64,000 nucleotides of DNA, taken from NCBI GenBank assembly GCA_905178155.1, contig CAJINV010000011.1, forward strand, positions 3,313,077-3,377,076. The letters run 5' to 3'. This document shows, piece by piece, positions 32,672 to 45,630 of the stretch (its first letter is position 1; every line of letters starts with the position of its first letter). Both the position numbers and the translations under genes were made by a program. The DNA is from Amoebophrya sp. A120 (lineage: Eukaryota; Protista; Dinoflagellata). Under the pieces are notes generated by a model. The model worked only from the letters and a program-made list of their open reading frames with translations, was not told the origin of the DNA and ran no database searches.

Positions 32672-33684
32672 ATGGCCGATACAGCTTGGCGGGAAGGATG
32701 GAAAATCAACGAGCAAACGTTACGAAAAGCCCCAAGCTGGACAACCTTGGGGAGGAAGCACGAGCTGCAGACGAGTATAATGTTTTTGGTGAACTTCTCT
32801 TTTCCTTTTCGTTTCCGGATTCGTTGTTATTGTCTTCTCGATCATGAGCAGTTCGCATTCCTCAATTCTCTCAGCTGCTTAAGGGATTTTTTGTGAAGAT
32901 TTATTGTCGTAAGTATAGTACATAAAAATCGCATGCAAAAAATTATAAACTGCAGGCATGAACCGCAGTGGGCCGCACAACCAGTTTTCCGAGCTGAAGC
33001 CTTCCGCCGAACAGGGCACCATCAAATCGCGAAACACCTGGATACAAAAGCACATGCGCGCAACGCAGTGGGTCCCTGGGCCGGGCGCGTATTTTAATTT
33101 TTATATATGACAAGTCTACTTGATGCAGTGTTGTGCTTCTGGTTCTGTGTTTTGGTTTTATCCTTTCCGATCATGCTGAAGTTTCTAATTTATTTCTCCG
33201 CGTTATCACTATCAGGTACAAAAAGTCCGGTGATTTCCCAGCAAAGGAGGACATAGACAGGCAAAAGTTACGCGAGCGTGGTCCAAACTTCAGCTTCACG
33301 AAGGACGTATATTACTCATTTTTTCAATATTGCTTTTTTGTACAGTTTTTCGATACAACTGGGCAGTAAAGGCTGTTGTATTTTTGCATGAAGATGACCA
33401 AGTTTGTCTATAGATAGTACAACATGCAAATTGTCTTTGTCGTGCTAAATATCGTCCTGTTCGTGTCTTCGCTAAAGCGGTGACAAACGAAACAATAAAA
33501 ACAGCTTCGCGAGACGGTGTACGAGGTTAAAAAGGTGCAAGTAAGAGCCAACAACCACAACTACCCACACTTCACCGCAACCTACACGCGAAACAAGGCC
33601 ACCCGGGCCTACATGCAGAGTCCCGGGGCCGGGGAACACATGCAATACACCACGTTCGGTCAGGGCACGTGGAAGAAAAAATAG
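32672..33684 (+). CDS. Second SHIPPO/ODF3-like protein; three GT-AG introns (32775-32955, 33089-33215, 33307-33504)
   Basis: KAPSWT, WVPGPGA|Y, PNFSF, SPGAGEH...TTFG; TAG 33682-33684. Confidence 0.75.
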
Positions 33685-34753
33685 TGACCTCGGCTATTGG
33701 ATGAAATGTACCAAATTAAAACAGTAATTGTGTGGCGGATTTTATGCTTATATTGATTGAACTTGTTCCGTTGCTGTTGGCCGCGTCTATTGGCTTGTTG
33801 TAGGATCATTGTCATCTTTATGCTAGTACAAAAGTAAGTTGTTACGCCGGTTTGAACATAGCAGGAGAGGCAGGTTCATCACTTTTCTACCATGAGTCGT
33901 GCGTGGAAATGTTGACCGTTCAACACCGTTTGTACCAGCGCAGAATCTCTAGCTTGTTGATTGGAAGAACCGTTGTCAGAACAACTTGATTGGGCGATTT
34001 TTAATAATATTATGTCGCACAGCGGAGCGGAGTCCGACTGCTCTGTTATACCCTCTGTGCTAGGCTGCAGCGCCGCGTTTGTATGATTAGCTGCTGACAT
34101 TGAAAACCTCTATGTGCAAGAACAGGACTTGGAGCTTGATCGGAAAAAAAAAATGTAGCGGAGTTTCGGCCTGCTATGCAGGTTTTGATGTTATGTTGAA
34201 TCGGGAAACAAAAGAAGTGTTCACTTTTACATTTTTTTACTCCAGGATAAAACAACTTGAAAAGTCAAGAAACGGACAGGAAAGTAGTAAAAGTGCGGAC
34301 GCGGCAATAATGCCTTCATCGGTTGGATACCAGAATGGAAATTTGTCCGATAGTTCGTGAGACTTTTCGTGCTTTATTGGCGTCCGAAAGATACAGGTCC
34401 ACTTTGCGTTTTTATCCTACCCGTGTTTTTTTTCTCCTATCCGTCCCTTGATTTTGATTCTCAAGACCCGTTGCAGCTTTCATTTCTTTATCTTTGCGCA
34501 GACGCCGTGTATCATAGTTAGATAGTATCAAGGATCGTAATGGTCACACCCACTGAGCTCTTCTTTCGCAATGAAAAATGCATCATGAAAAGGAACCAAA
34601 ACACAATTAGTCTTCTGCAATTCATTTTTTTTTTGATTTGAAAGTACTACTTTCTAGACATACCAATGGAATACAGTTTTTATTTTCCAAGAAAATCCCA
34701 CTACAAGAACAGCTGGCATAAAACAACAAAACCGACCTGAGAGAAGACACAGC

Positions 34754-36821
34754 ATGGCGAGCCTCGGTTTCCCTGCAGCGGAGGGCGCAGATGGCCTGCC
34801 TGCCGCCCAGGATCTTCACACCATGCAACACAACGGCGCTGCTTTAGCTTCACAGTCCACCACGACGACCCGAGATCAGGTACTACAAAACGCACGAGTG
34901 ATGTCTTCCACCTCTGATCATTGCGGCAACTACGACAAGCCGGGCGGGAAAAACAGAAAGCGAAAGGTTCTGTTGACGGCTTTCGGGCCGTTTGGCGAGG
35001 TGAGTCAGAACCCCACTGAGGTCCTGTTACGGGAATTCGTTCGCGTGTTTTCCACCGGGGGGAGTGAAAAAACCAAGTGGTTCCGGTCCAAGATGGACCT
35101 CACCGCTGTGATCGTGGAAGTGTCCTGCAACAGTGTGCACGACGTGCTGGCAACGCACAGAAGCAGCGGCCAGAGGATCTTCTTTTCATCTGGGCCGACG
35201 AAAATAAAACCTGACGGAGATCTTCACATCAAAGAAGCAGAAGCGAATATAACTGCCGATAATGAAGATTTATTTGATGGCTCAGCAGCACACAGAACAG
35301 CAGAGCTGGACGCAAAAATTCGAGACAAGTCGGGTCACGTGAGAATACCTCCGGTCCTCGGAGCAGCAGGTGGCCCGCCGTCCTCCGCTGTGCCTTACGA
35401 CGACCCTTTGAATGCGTGTCGGATCGGCCTGCTGCAGTTGTTTCCCCCGCCGGAGGAGGCAAAACCTACACAAACCGGCTCATTTAAGCCGGAAGATGCT
35501 TTTGAACGGATGAACGCGGGCAGCGAAGACGTCATGCAGGACGTGCACGGTAGCGTCAATGATTCGTTTGAGCAGATGAACGCGAGCGACGTGATGCAGG
35601 ACGTGGAGGACGTAAGTGACTGTGATGCGCCGGCCCATTTAGTTCACCCGCGCGAAGCAGGTGCTCCGACGAGAAAAAGCGACGACGGCGGGGAACTGGA
35701 TGCTGTAGACAACGAGCAGACTGAAGAAGATGAAAGCGATAGTACTAGCGAGCTCGCCATCCACTTTGGCGTTTATGCTAGTTCGAAGGAGTATTCGCTC
35801 GAGTGCCGAGGGCTGAATTTCGTCGACCTGCAGAGCAATCCGGACGTGCAGAACTTTCGTAAACGAGGGAAAATTGTTGAAAAAAATGTTGATGCTGACG
35901 GAGGAGGAGGACGTCGAAAAGGTGGACATATTGAAAGTAGGAAGTCGAAAAGGATATTAGTAAATGCAGCGACCCAAAAATCTACTACTTCGACTTCCAT
36001 CCCTGCGCCGCGCGAGATCTACACACAGCTTCCGCTTACCCAGCTCCTCTCCAAGCTCCACGATCGAAACCTTACGCATTGCAAATATGTCTGGGTCTGG
36101 ATCGGGAAGAATACAAGTTTGATGTCCTGCTCGGCCAGCATGATTCTCAAGTCTGTCATGGTTTTTACCCAACCACCTCGTTTTGTTATTCTTCGGAAAT
36201 AACGCATGGCAGACTGAGTTTTTTGCTATGCAGAACAGGCAACAGACTCAAAAACTTGTCATGCTTGGCCGTGTCTATATGAAAACCCGTATCTTCACAA
36301 GTTTATTCCAGACCCAGATCGATATTTGCAGTGGATAGGCCTGCGACAGGTGCATATCAGCACACACGCGGGCACGTATTTGTGCAACTACCTGTACTAT
36401 CAAATGCAAAAATGTCTGGGTCTGGAAGATTGCCAGGTTTGTCATGCACGCCTTACACGTCCCGTGACGTCTGTGATGTATGTCCTAGCATCACAGATTT
36501 TCTGAGTGCTTCTTGATGCCTTCCCTGCATGAGAAATGCCCTGCGCAAGTGGCAAAAACTGGACTCCTATTGCTGGTCATGCAACACATATTTGTTTAGA
36601 ATCTAAAAATAGCATGACAAGTTTGGATCCTCCCAGACCCAGACATATTTGCAAAGCATATGTACTTTCAAAGTCTGCGCTGTAGCGGCCAGACCCTGTT
36701 TGTGCACGTTCCGACCTTCCAAGACCTGCCTCTGCACATCCAGCAGAACTACTTTGCCGCGATTCTGGAGGAATTGCTCCTGCTGCTGGACGAGCAGGCG
36801 GACGAGGGAAATCTGTCATGA
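34754..36821 (+). CDS. Pyroglutamyl-peptidase I (peptidase C15) with long insertions; 2 introners
   Basis: VLLTAFGPF..NP, IHFGV, SLE..GLN, STHAGTYLCNYLY, LFVHVP: Glu/Cys/His triad rebuilt after element removal. Confidence 0.9.
36073..36337. mobile_element. Introner family A
   Basis: DR AACCT/GGCCT. Confidence 0.9.
36398..36660. mobile_element. Introner family A, reverse orientation relative to 58827-59101
   Basis: Perfect DR TGTAC. Confidence 0.95.
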
Positions 36822-38724
36822 AAGGAACGCACAGTAGTAACTAAGGCTCGTTGAAGTTGAACAAGCGAGGGCGAGTTGCGTCGCTCCGCTTCGAAGCGCG
36901 GGAAGATTTTGGTTTCGTACAACTTGTCCCACTCGGATCTATTACTTCCTTCGAGCAACGTCAAAAAGAATCAATAATGAATGGCACCAAATGTCAACGT
37001 TCGCGGCGAAATATTTTTTGCCAACTTGTAGAAAAATGTCGATAATGAATTTTCATTTTGCGGATCACGAAACGCAGGCACATCGAGGTGAGAATCCATG
37101 TGCCACCTTTCTAGTAAGTAATCGGTTCAGGAGCTTCAGATGGCAAGAACTCCCTTGCTGATGATGTTCAACACTTCTCAATGACTTGGTATAATAATCT
37201 GTTGCGAGGAACACGAACAGGAACTCGAACTCAACATCTGGCCGCAAGCAGCCTACACAAGATCTTCCCTTTTCTAGATCGGATCATAACTTGTCTGTTC
37301 TGGTGCGGAAGAGGATCTCACTTTTCAGTATGCTTAGTATTAAACCATTGCTGTTGGAGTCTTCGGCCGGCTCGGGGACGAGCTAAAGATCTACATTAGT
37401 TTACTTCCCTACCATCTACCGCAAGATAGGACAAGGAACACGGCTCAATGTTATCCACTATTTGGGCTCGATCTCCTGCTTTGTACTTGTAGATGTCCGT
37501 ACTGAAAGTGACGATGAGGTTTTTTATTTTACCAGAGGTCCTGCTTTTATTTTACCAGAGGTAACAGCACAGGCTTTCTTTTGTCGTTTTTTCATATGAT
37601 TGGTCGTTTGAATTATTGAAACTTGACAGCGAACGGGAAGGTGCAAGAATTTGTTCGCACAAAATCATGAAGAATAGACAGTCGCGGCGCTAGAAGAGTT
37701 TTTCCGACGCTTGATCGATATTATCCTACAATCCCTGCACTTGCTGCACCTTATGCAACCAGAAAATTTATTAGCACTAGAATCTTGATTTCTAGCGCAA
37801 AAAGCTTCCATTTCTTCTATGTGTCGTGTCTGTGTGTCTTTGATAATATAGCCAGAAACCGGCCTCACGCACTACTTGTAGGATTATTCCCTCCTTCTAT
37901 TGTAATTTGACTTTCATTCGCTTTTGTATTAGAAACCATCCCCCCTTTAGCATATTTCTTTGGAATAAAGCAGGCACGCCTCTGAAACATATTGCGGCTG
38001 CGGCATCTAAATTCATCGATTGTTTTTACAAATTCACTTTTGTCATTTTTTCCTTTTCCCCTCAGCTGCTACGTAAAGTAAAAATCCCGAAAGCGAGACT
38101 TCTCCTGCTCTCTTCTGAAGCATCGCTGAGACCACCAAAGGCAATCGACTATAGGTGCGGAGTGTTGAGACGACGTCGAGGTAGTAGTAACACTTGAACT
38201 TCGTCGAGCAGAGAGCGGAGATCATATTAACAGTTCTGTGAAATGATAACTCGCAAATAAGCTTGAAAGTTGAAATTCAATAATAGCCTCGCCCCTACCT
38301 CCCCCACTACTTAACCTTATCGACGGTCTCTCGAACCTCGTCGCAAGTGCGCACAACATCGGACTTGGCACGACGCGCAAAAAAGCAGAACCTTTCCGTG
38401 CCGGGAGAAGCCGCCTTGTTATCTCGCCATCAAATTAGAAGGAGCAATAGTAAAGCCGCTCAATAAAAAGAAGTCTGTCGACCTGCTTTCTTCTTGATAT
38501 CGAGACCACGGATAGCTGAACGACTACTCGTTCTCGGAGAGGAGAAGTAAAAAGTAGACAAACGAAACGGCGCCCCCGACAACGAACGATACACGAATTT
38601 CAAAAATTACGGTAGAAGAGGCACACTGTTTGCAACGTGTGCTGCGGACGAAGAACGACAATAACGTGCGGGTTTTTTTGAATTGAGAACACGGAAAAAT
38701 TCTTCAAAAAGTTCTACAAACAAG

Positions 38725-40135
38725 ATGGTGGTGCGAGAAGAAAGCAAGGACCCCAACGTTACCACAAAGGGGGAGGTATAGAAATTTTTCAGACGAACGA
38801 TAGTTTCATTGATTTTTTTACCAACGCGCTAATTAATATGAACATGAAGGATAGTGTCCATGGGCAACATTCCAACGGACGTAGTTGTCAACATAATTCC
38901 ACTTACTATTTTACAAATATCCCGAGTTGATTTTCTTCTTCACTGCAGTTCCCGAAAGAAACAAGCAGGCGAAGAATTAGTATAAATGAAAAAAAATAAA
39001 AATCCAGGTGCGGGGCGAGTCGCTGGCAGAAGCTGGGTCAGATTTAGAAAAGAAGGCGAGCGGGAGCACGCCAACAACGAATTCAAAACCCTCGTCTGTC
39101 GTTGAAGAGCCAACAACCTCAACGGGAGAGGAGGTACAGGAACGATAAGAATAATTAGGCTTCGAGCTGTTCTGAAGATTGTGTATGAGTTTAGTAACTC
39201 ACAACTGAAATTGATTTCTTTGTTTTTTTTGCATGTACGAGTAGTGAGGATGAAATAGAAGTTGCAGTTGGTTTTTTACACGACAAATCTTACTACGACC
39301 GAAAATAAAATTGCACCAGGTATCGGGCATTCCGAAGGGGCCGGCGTTTAAGTGGGACAGTGACGAACTGAAAAAGTTCTGGGAAGAATGCTTCTCACCA
39401 AATTACAACTCCCTTATCTTCGACGGACTCCACCCAAAGGCGCTCTGCTCAAAAATCTGTACAAGGGTTTTGCTTGCTTCTGTTCGTGCTCTCTGCATGA
39501 TTCATCTGCATAGATAGTGCTGGTTTTCAACACAATGTCAACAAGCATAAGAGTTGTAAAAATCCGAATGATTATTATACAACGAAGAACCGTCAACAAT
39601 TAAAATTATCCGCAATATCAGGTAATGACGTGCTGCGAACAAATATCAACGTAAACTCGGCAAGTAGCAACCCCAACGACCGACTACTGTGCTTCGAGGT
39701 ACTGAGCAACCTGGAAGCCAAATTCATCGAACTCGGCATCGTGCAGAAGCCAACACCAAAGTATACAGCTGATCAATGAATTTTCATTTGGTAGCCCATG
39801 ATTAAGTACTTATTTATCCGTGAAGATGATGGTTGCGTATGTGTTGTTTGTCGATTGTGAGGTTTTGGGTTTCGATTTTGTCGATTTTGACAAATTCTGA
39901 AGCTGTATTTGTCATGCAAAAAGTCATACCATACCTATGCAATAAAAAACGAAACAGGATGACCGGCAACCCGAACCACCAACAGTACCAGCGCGTGTCA
40001 CATCAGGACTGGAACCGGTTCGCGGGGCATTTGGCTGCGAAAAACCAATCTCTGGAGGCCTGGGCGCGGGAATGCGTGGAAGAGTCGATACGCCTGCTCA
40101 GTGCGCCAAAGCGCAACGGAATGGCGCGGGCGTGA
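38725..40135 (+). CDS. Unknown protein, about 5 exons, GT-AG introns only
   Basis: MVVREESK..KGE|VRGESL..GEE|VSGIPKGPAFKWDSDELKKFW..|NDVLR..|MTGNPNH..ARA* joins in frame at GT-AG sites. Confidence 0.55.
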
Positions 40136-42357
40136 CGAGGGGAACCCCAATTATATTTATATTCGAGCGACCGACAATGCTCCAGTTTTCGATTTTGGAA
40201 AGAATCTAGTCATTATTTTAGAACTTCTCGATGAACTACTTTCTATCGCGACAGGGAAAGTAAATAAAGTAAAACTCGCCCCTTGTTCTGTCTGTTTGTG
40301 ATTCAATATGATTTTCGTACAAGTTGTCAGTACTGACAAATTCGACAAACCTTGTAATTTTTAGTGAACATTCTCAGCAAAAATAATAAAGCGTGAACTC
40401 AGAACTTTTCAAGACGACTATTCTTGGTTTTCTCTAGGACCAAGAAATTTTCAACTGTGGAAGCGAAAGCGTCCTTCTTTTGCAGCTGTGCTTTTGTAAA
40501 GAATAAATTAATTCTATCCGCTGGAGGCAGCACAGTGGACGAGAGCAGGACGGCCGCAAGGATTAAAAAACTTCCAGGTGCCTACTACAAAAAAATACTA
40601 TATCCCATTTTCATCATACATACCGCGAGACCCCGAGCCGTAGCAGCCTTTTGTCAGAAGTACTACCTCCTCTTAGACCTTCTGCAAAAGTTGGAGGCGA
40701 GTGGCCGTCATCTGGTCGTCCTTGGTTTATTTAGAAGTAGACACGACCTCACCGGTCTTTAGTAGGTACAGCTACAGAATGCTTTTCCCGATACACGTTG
40801 ATCCGTCGGAGCGCAGCCCTGCCTCATCGAGCGATAGTACTCCACACTTATATGGTTTACTACTCATTACGCCACCTCGCAACTACTAGAACTTCTAGTC
40901 CGCCACTACTTAGGAGGTCGTGTAGGTCACATTCCTTGATGATACCCAAGGCAGGTGGTCGCGGCGAATTTTTTTTTGGCAGACGCCCTTAAGAATTCAC
41001 TGCAGACGGCGCTCCGTCGTGTCGTGGCTAGTACTCCTGCAAGCCACGACTGCAAAGGCTTGCGATCACGTGCTGGCGAAGAACTCATTCTAGTAGAGCT
41101 GTGTGCTACGTTAATAATTTTGACCGGTACTTGTTCTATCGGAAAGGAAAACTAACCTTTTACGACGCTACCTTGTTTGATACTTCTATTCTGAAATTTA
41201 GTCTGATATAATCGACTACTAACTTCGAAGAAAAAATATCGAATAATGTACTCAATGAAAGCTACGGGTTAAATATCGAAGTAGGTAAGGTTGACGTTGA
41301 TGTACTAGATAGGTGGGATACTCGGCGGCCAATGATCATAGTTTTGGTAGGAGCCAGCAGGGATATAAGACAAGCGTGGTTCTCGTCCTGATTGCTACCG
41401 AGGTTTCTCCTGCCAAAATTCTTCATGAAATAGAAATTACATTAAATTTGATTGTAGTTTACTATAACTTTTCTTTGGGCAACCACGAACAAAGCAACTT
41501 TCATCTAGTGCGCAGCGGCGGGGCTTTTTACGTTGTGGGGTGGCAAAGGCACCATCCAAGAACTACCCAACGGATAATTGCCGGCTAGAACTGCCATTGT
41601 GATGAAATTCTATTTCCTCAGCGACAAAAACGTGACACCTGGTTGTACGACTTTTTTCGACAACCAGTACTTGTAAATAGCGAACTAACGACGACGATGA
41701 ACGGCATTGATGTTCCAAATCCAAAGCTACCGTGCGACGACTAACGAAAATAAATACAACTCAATGTTGTAGCCGATGTCATTCATCATCATCGGGCAAC
41801 GACTAGTACAGCGAGTCTGTGCTAGTGCAGCCCTCTGCCTCACAATCACGCTGTTGTGAATCGTGTTCTGAAATTCAATGCTGGCTCATCGATTATTTTT
41901 CAGAGTTGTTGCTTTTGGTGTTGACAACACAAAACAGCATCCGAGCTGCACCATGTTTCGGTCATTTTGATCACCCATTTATCTCAAAGAGGCCGAGAGC
42001 GGGTAAATTTTACTCGTCGAGTTTTGCAAAACTGACACAAGAATTCTATTTCCAATTTTTCTTTCTCTTTTTCAGAGTTCCGCTCACCTTGAGAAGGGCA
42101 AACGCAGTTCTTTTTCAGAGTTTCAGAAATGAAACAGCAGGACCTACCACGACACTGTTCTTATGGAAAGAACGAACCCCCTAGTTGTATAGGCAGCATC
42201 CCAGCACGCACAACCTAAATTCCTCTAGTCTTTGTCGTCTTTGGTTCACACAGCAAAGTCAGACTTTCACTGCCGTTATTGAGCAGGAGCAGATCGGTTC
42301 GTGAGTGCTATAGCAGCCGTGCGGGGACGAAGATCAGAAGCAATTCTCAAGGGAAAA

Positions 42358-44199
42358 ATGGGTGGCAATTTTTCCTCAACCTCGTCGCCAATCGCTCGCG
42401 CTGAACAGGCGGAGCGGCGCGTGCGTAAGTTGGAAAAGTCACTTACCGAATATGACCTGCTCAAACGTTACAATCTCAAACGTTGCAATAGAACCTGGAA
42501 ATCTGTGATGCAAGAAATGCATGATCTAGCCAACTCTCAGAGGACTGCGCATGATAAGTTCCGGAGTCCCAAACCGCACTGCAATCTGGCGAAATTTGTA
42601 TTGCAGAAAGTGGAACGGTCTACGAGTCTGTAATGCTCACGATGCAAGACAAATCCCAGACTCTATTGTAACGTTTGAGATTGTAACGTTTGAGCGGGTT
42701 ATACCGAGCAGGAGAAGGACTGCCGGTTTCAACTCCAGTGCACGGCTATGGATTGTAAAAATGTCTGGGTCTGGAAGGATGCAACTTGTGATGCTGTCTC
42801 TGCATCCTAAAAAAATCTGTATTGCATGACCAGCAAGAAGGGTCCAGTTTGTGGTACATGGAGAGGGTATTTCTCATGCGGGATAGTCATCAGAAAGCCC
42901 GCTAAAAATCTGTGATGCCAGGTTATGCATTACAGACGTCATATGTCATGTAGAATCTGCATGACTTTCCAGACCCAGACATTTTTACACCTGATAACGG
43001 CGGTCACAACCACTGCCGCTGCGGGCCTTTTCGCCGCGAATTTTTACCTGCGGCACCGGCTGGGCAGTCAGGAACAGGCCTTTCGGAAGGCCTTGAATAC
43101 GGTGAAAAAGAATCTGCAGCACGAGGCGAAAGCCGAGATTGCGAAAGCGGAGAAGAACGCGATTTTGAAATTTAACCGCGAGGTGGTCTTCGGCGTTGCG
43201 GACAATTTGGAAATTTGCCAGAAAAACATCAAGAAGCACCTGGACTTTCTACGGGCAACGAACAGCAGTGCTGCAGGTCTGTTTTCGGGGAAAAATAGTT
43301 CATCGCCTGGTGCAGCAAGTACCTTTTCCTATAAAAACCATTACCAGTTCCCTCCTTCCCAAACGGAATTACGTGCGTACAGCGATTTTCATTCAAGCGT
43401 AGCACTTTCCGAGCCTGCCCGTGCTGGAAATAGAGGCAGGGTGGAACCATTTGGAAGGTCGACATCTACTTCGCGCGAGGAAATGAATCTTGGCCGAGTT
43501 GTGTCCCCTGCGGCGAACAAGCGCGCGGTGACATTTCTGCAGGGACAAGGGACGACAGCTTCAATAGGTAGTGCAAGCGGTGGAGATGGAGCTGCAATCC
43601 AGGGCAGAAAGAACAGCGGATTCACTTCCAGCACCGCGGCGGCGCCTAACACCTTGAAGATCACACCACGACCAGGAACAGAACGCGCTATCGTGTCGAG
43701 ACGGTCAACATCTGCTCATCTCGCAGAACCAGTAGTTGTACGGCAGGGCCAAATTATGGAAGATGCGAAGCTGAAGATGCAGCGGCACACCGTGGAGATG
43801 CTGCTCGAAGGGGTGGAGCTGACGCACGAGTCGCTGCTGCGCGCGCTCCGCAAGCAGAACATCCACCGGATTCACGCGGTGCCAAAGGTGACCTCGTTCG
43901 ACCCGGAAATCCACGAGGCTTTGGCAGAGCGGAGTGACGTGGAGGCGAATAAAGTGGCAGCCGTGTATCGGCACGGGTACTACTGTGTGGTGACAGGTGG
44001 AAAAGATATGAAGAATGCTGGTCGGAGCGACGAGGGGAAGTTGCAGGGAGTTGTAGCCGACGATTTGGAGGAAAAGGCAGGCGAGGGGGAAAATGGCTCA
44101 TCTACAACTTCCATGAAAAGTATGCTGCAGGTGGTGCGGCCAGCGCAAGTCGCCGTCGGGACATCTTCCGGGGTTGTTAGGTCCGGGGGGAAGTTGTGA
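42358..44199 (+). CDS. grpE: GrpE-family nucleotide exchange factor, divergent; 2 introners
   Basis: AILKFNREVVFGVADNLE, LLEGVELT, SFDPEIHEAL, VYRHGY, VRPAQVAV. Confidence 0.85.
42451..42703. mobile_element. Introner family I (TATGACCYGCTCAAACGTTACAATCTCAAACGTTRCAATAGA)
   Basis: About 42-bp TIR; DR CCGAA/CCGAG; sister copy 62534-62786 is also 253 bp. Confidence 0.95.
42747..42996. mobile_element. Introner family A
   Basis: Perfect DR ACGGC. Confidence 0.95.
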
Positions 44200-45630
44200 A
44201 GACGCGCGGGCACTACTTATTTGCAAGACGGCTGGTGATACGTTTATTTTCGGAGAAGAAGAACCACCTAAGTTTGTTGGTTACTAGTCCTGTGGGCCTG
44301 TTGATGCGGAGAAAAATATCAGATAGGTCTGATCAATCTGTAAGTTATGGTTTCTATGACCATCGCATGCTTCTTGTTGGGACTTGATGGTTCTACATGT
44401 ATGATCTTGTTTCTCTGTGCTGAAGCTGATGAGAAAGCGAAGAAAAAGTTTCAAGAAAAGTATAAAAAATCTCTTGGGGGACGATGCGTTTGGCATTCAT
44501 CTACGAATGAAATTGAAGAAATTCTGTGTAACAAAAGAATTTTGGCGAGCTTTCTTTGATAAAATTTACTGCGTTTCAGTTTTACAGCGGCGGCTTCAAC
44601 AGTCCTCAGCTTTCGCACGGACTTGGGACGAGGATGAATCTTGTGGGAAACAAGAATGCTGCGAAGATTCGGTTCTTTTCAAACAAGTCAACAGTACAGT
44701 GAGTGAGAAGATTTCTGAGAGGCTAAAAAACGTCCATTGCAACAGATCTTCGAGAAAAATGTTGTGTCACCGCAGTATTGAGAAGTAGAGGCCTGTGGAT
44801 GAATAAGATGAGTAGACAATCTAAAAGTACTTCAACGATGAGTAGGCAATCTGGAGTGCAAAGGCGAAACCAAATAGCAAATGGCCCCGTGCCGCGTGGG
44901 AGCGTGCGTCGGCAAACTTGCTTGATTATTTTTGAGCGTTGGAACACCGACGATAGAACCGAAAGATCTCATTTAATACTCGTCCCGCAACTCTACATTT
45001 CTACTTTGGATGACGGAACAGGATCCCGATATTCTTACACACTACCCATTGCACACTCAAGTGTTGCTTTACTTATTGTACACACGACCCACACCCAAGT
45101 TAGTTTCTATATGAACTTTCGCACAAACTCAAAGATGCATGTTCTCATCTTTGGCGTTCGCGGATAGGATTTTATAAAAAGCGCAGCAAGGTACTCGGAT
45201 TATGTTGCGACTTTTTTGCTCGAAACACGTCAAATCACATGATAAACAGATGACTAGACAGGCCGACGTTGTGGGCTTAGCCCGAACACGCGACTTCATC
45301 TAAGTATGGGCAATGTTAAAAGGCATCAGTACGTATTGGGGGCTAGAGAAGAAAGCAGCAGCTGCGCCTCACGATTGCGTTTGCGATTCTAGAGAATCGC
45401 AGGGGCGTTGGTTAATGCTATTGCTTTCAGCATCCGTAGTATACAACACGAGTAGTTGATGTCGATCTGTTAGACAGAAGAATTGTATTCCTCAGAAGAG
45501 TACAACTATTGAAGCGCACCATGGTACTCCTACTGGTGTTTCGAACGAAAAAATGAAAACGCGTGCTTGCTTTATTTGACAAGCCAACTTCTAGCACGGT
45601 TGGCTGCGCCGAACGACTCCTTCGCCTGCT

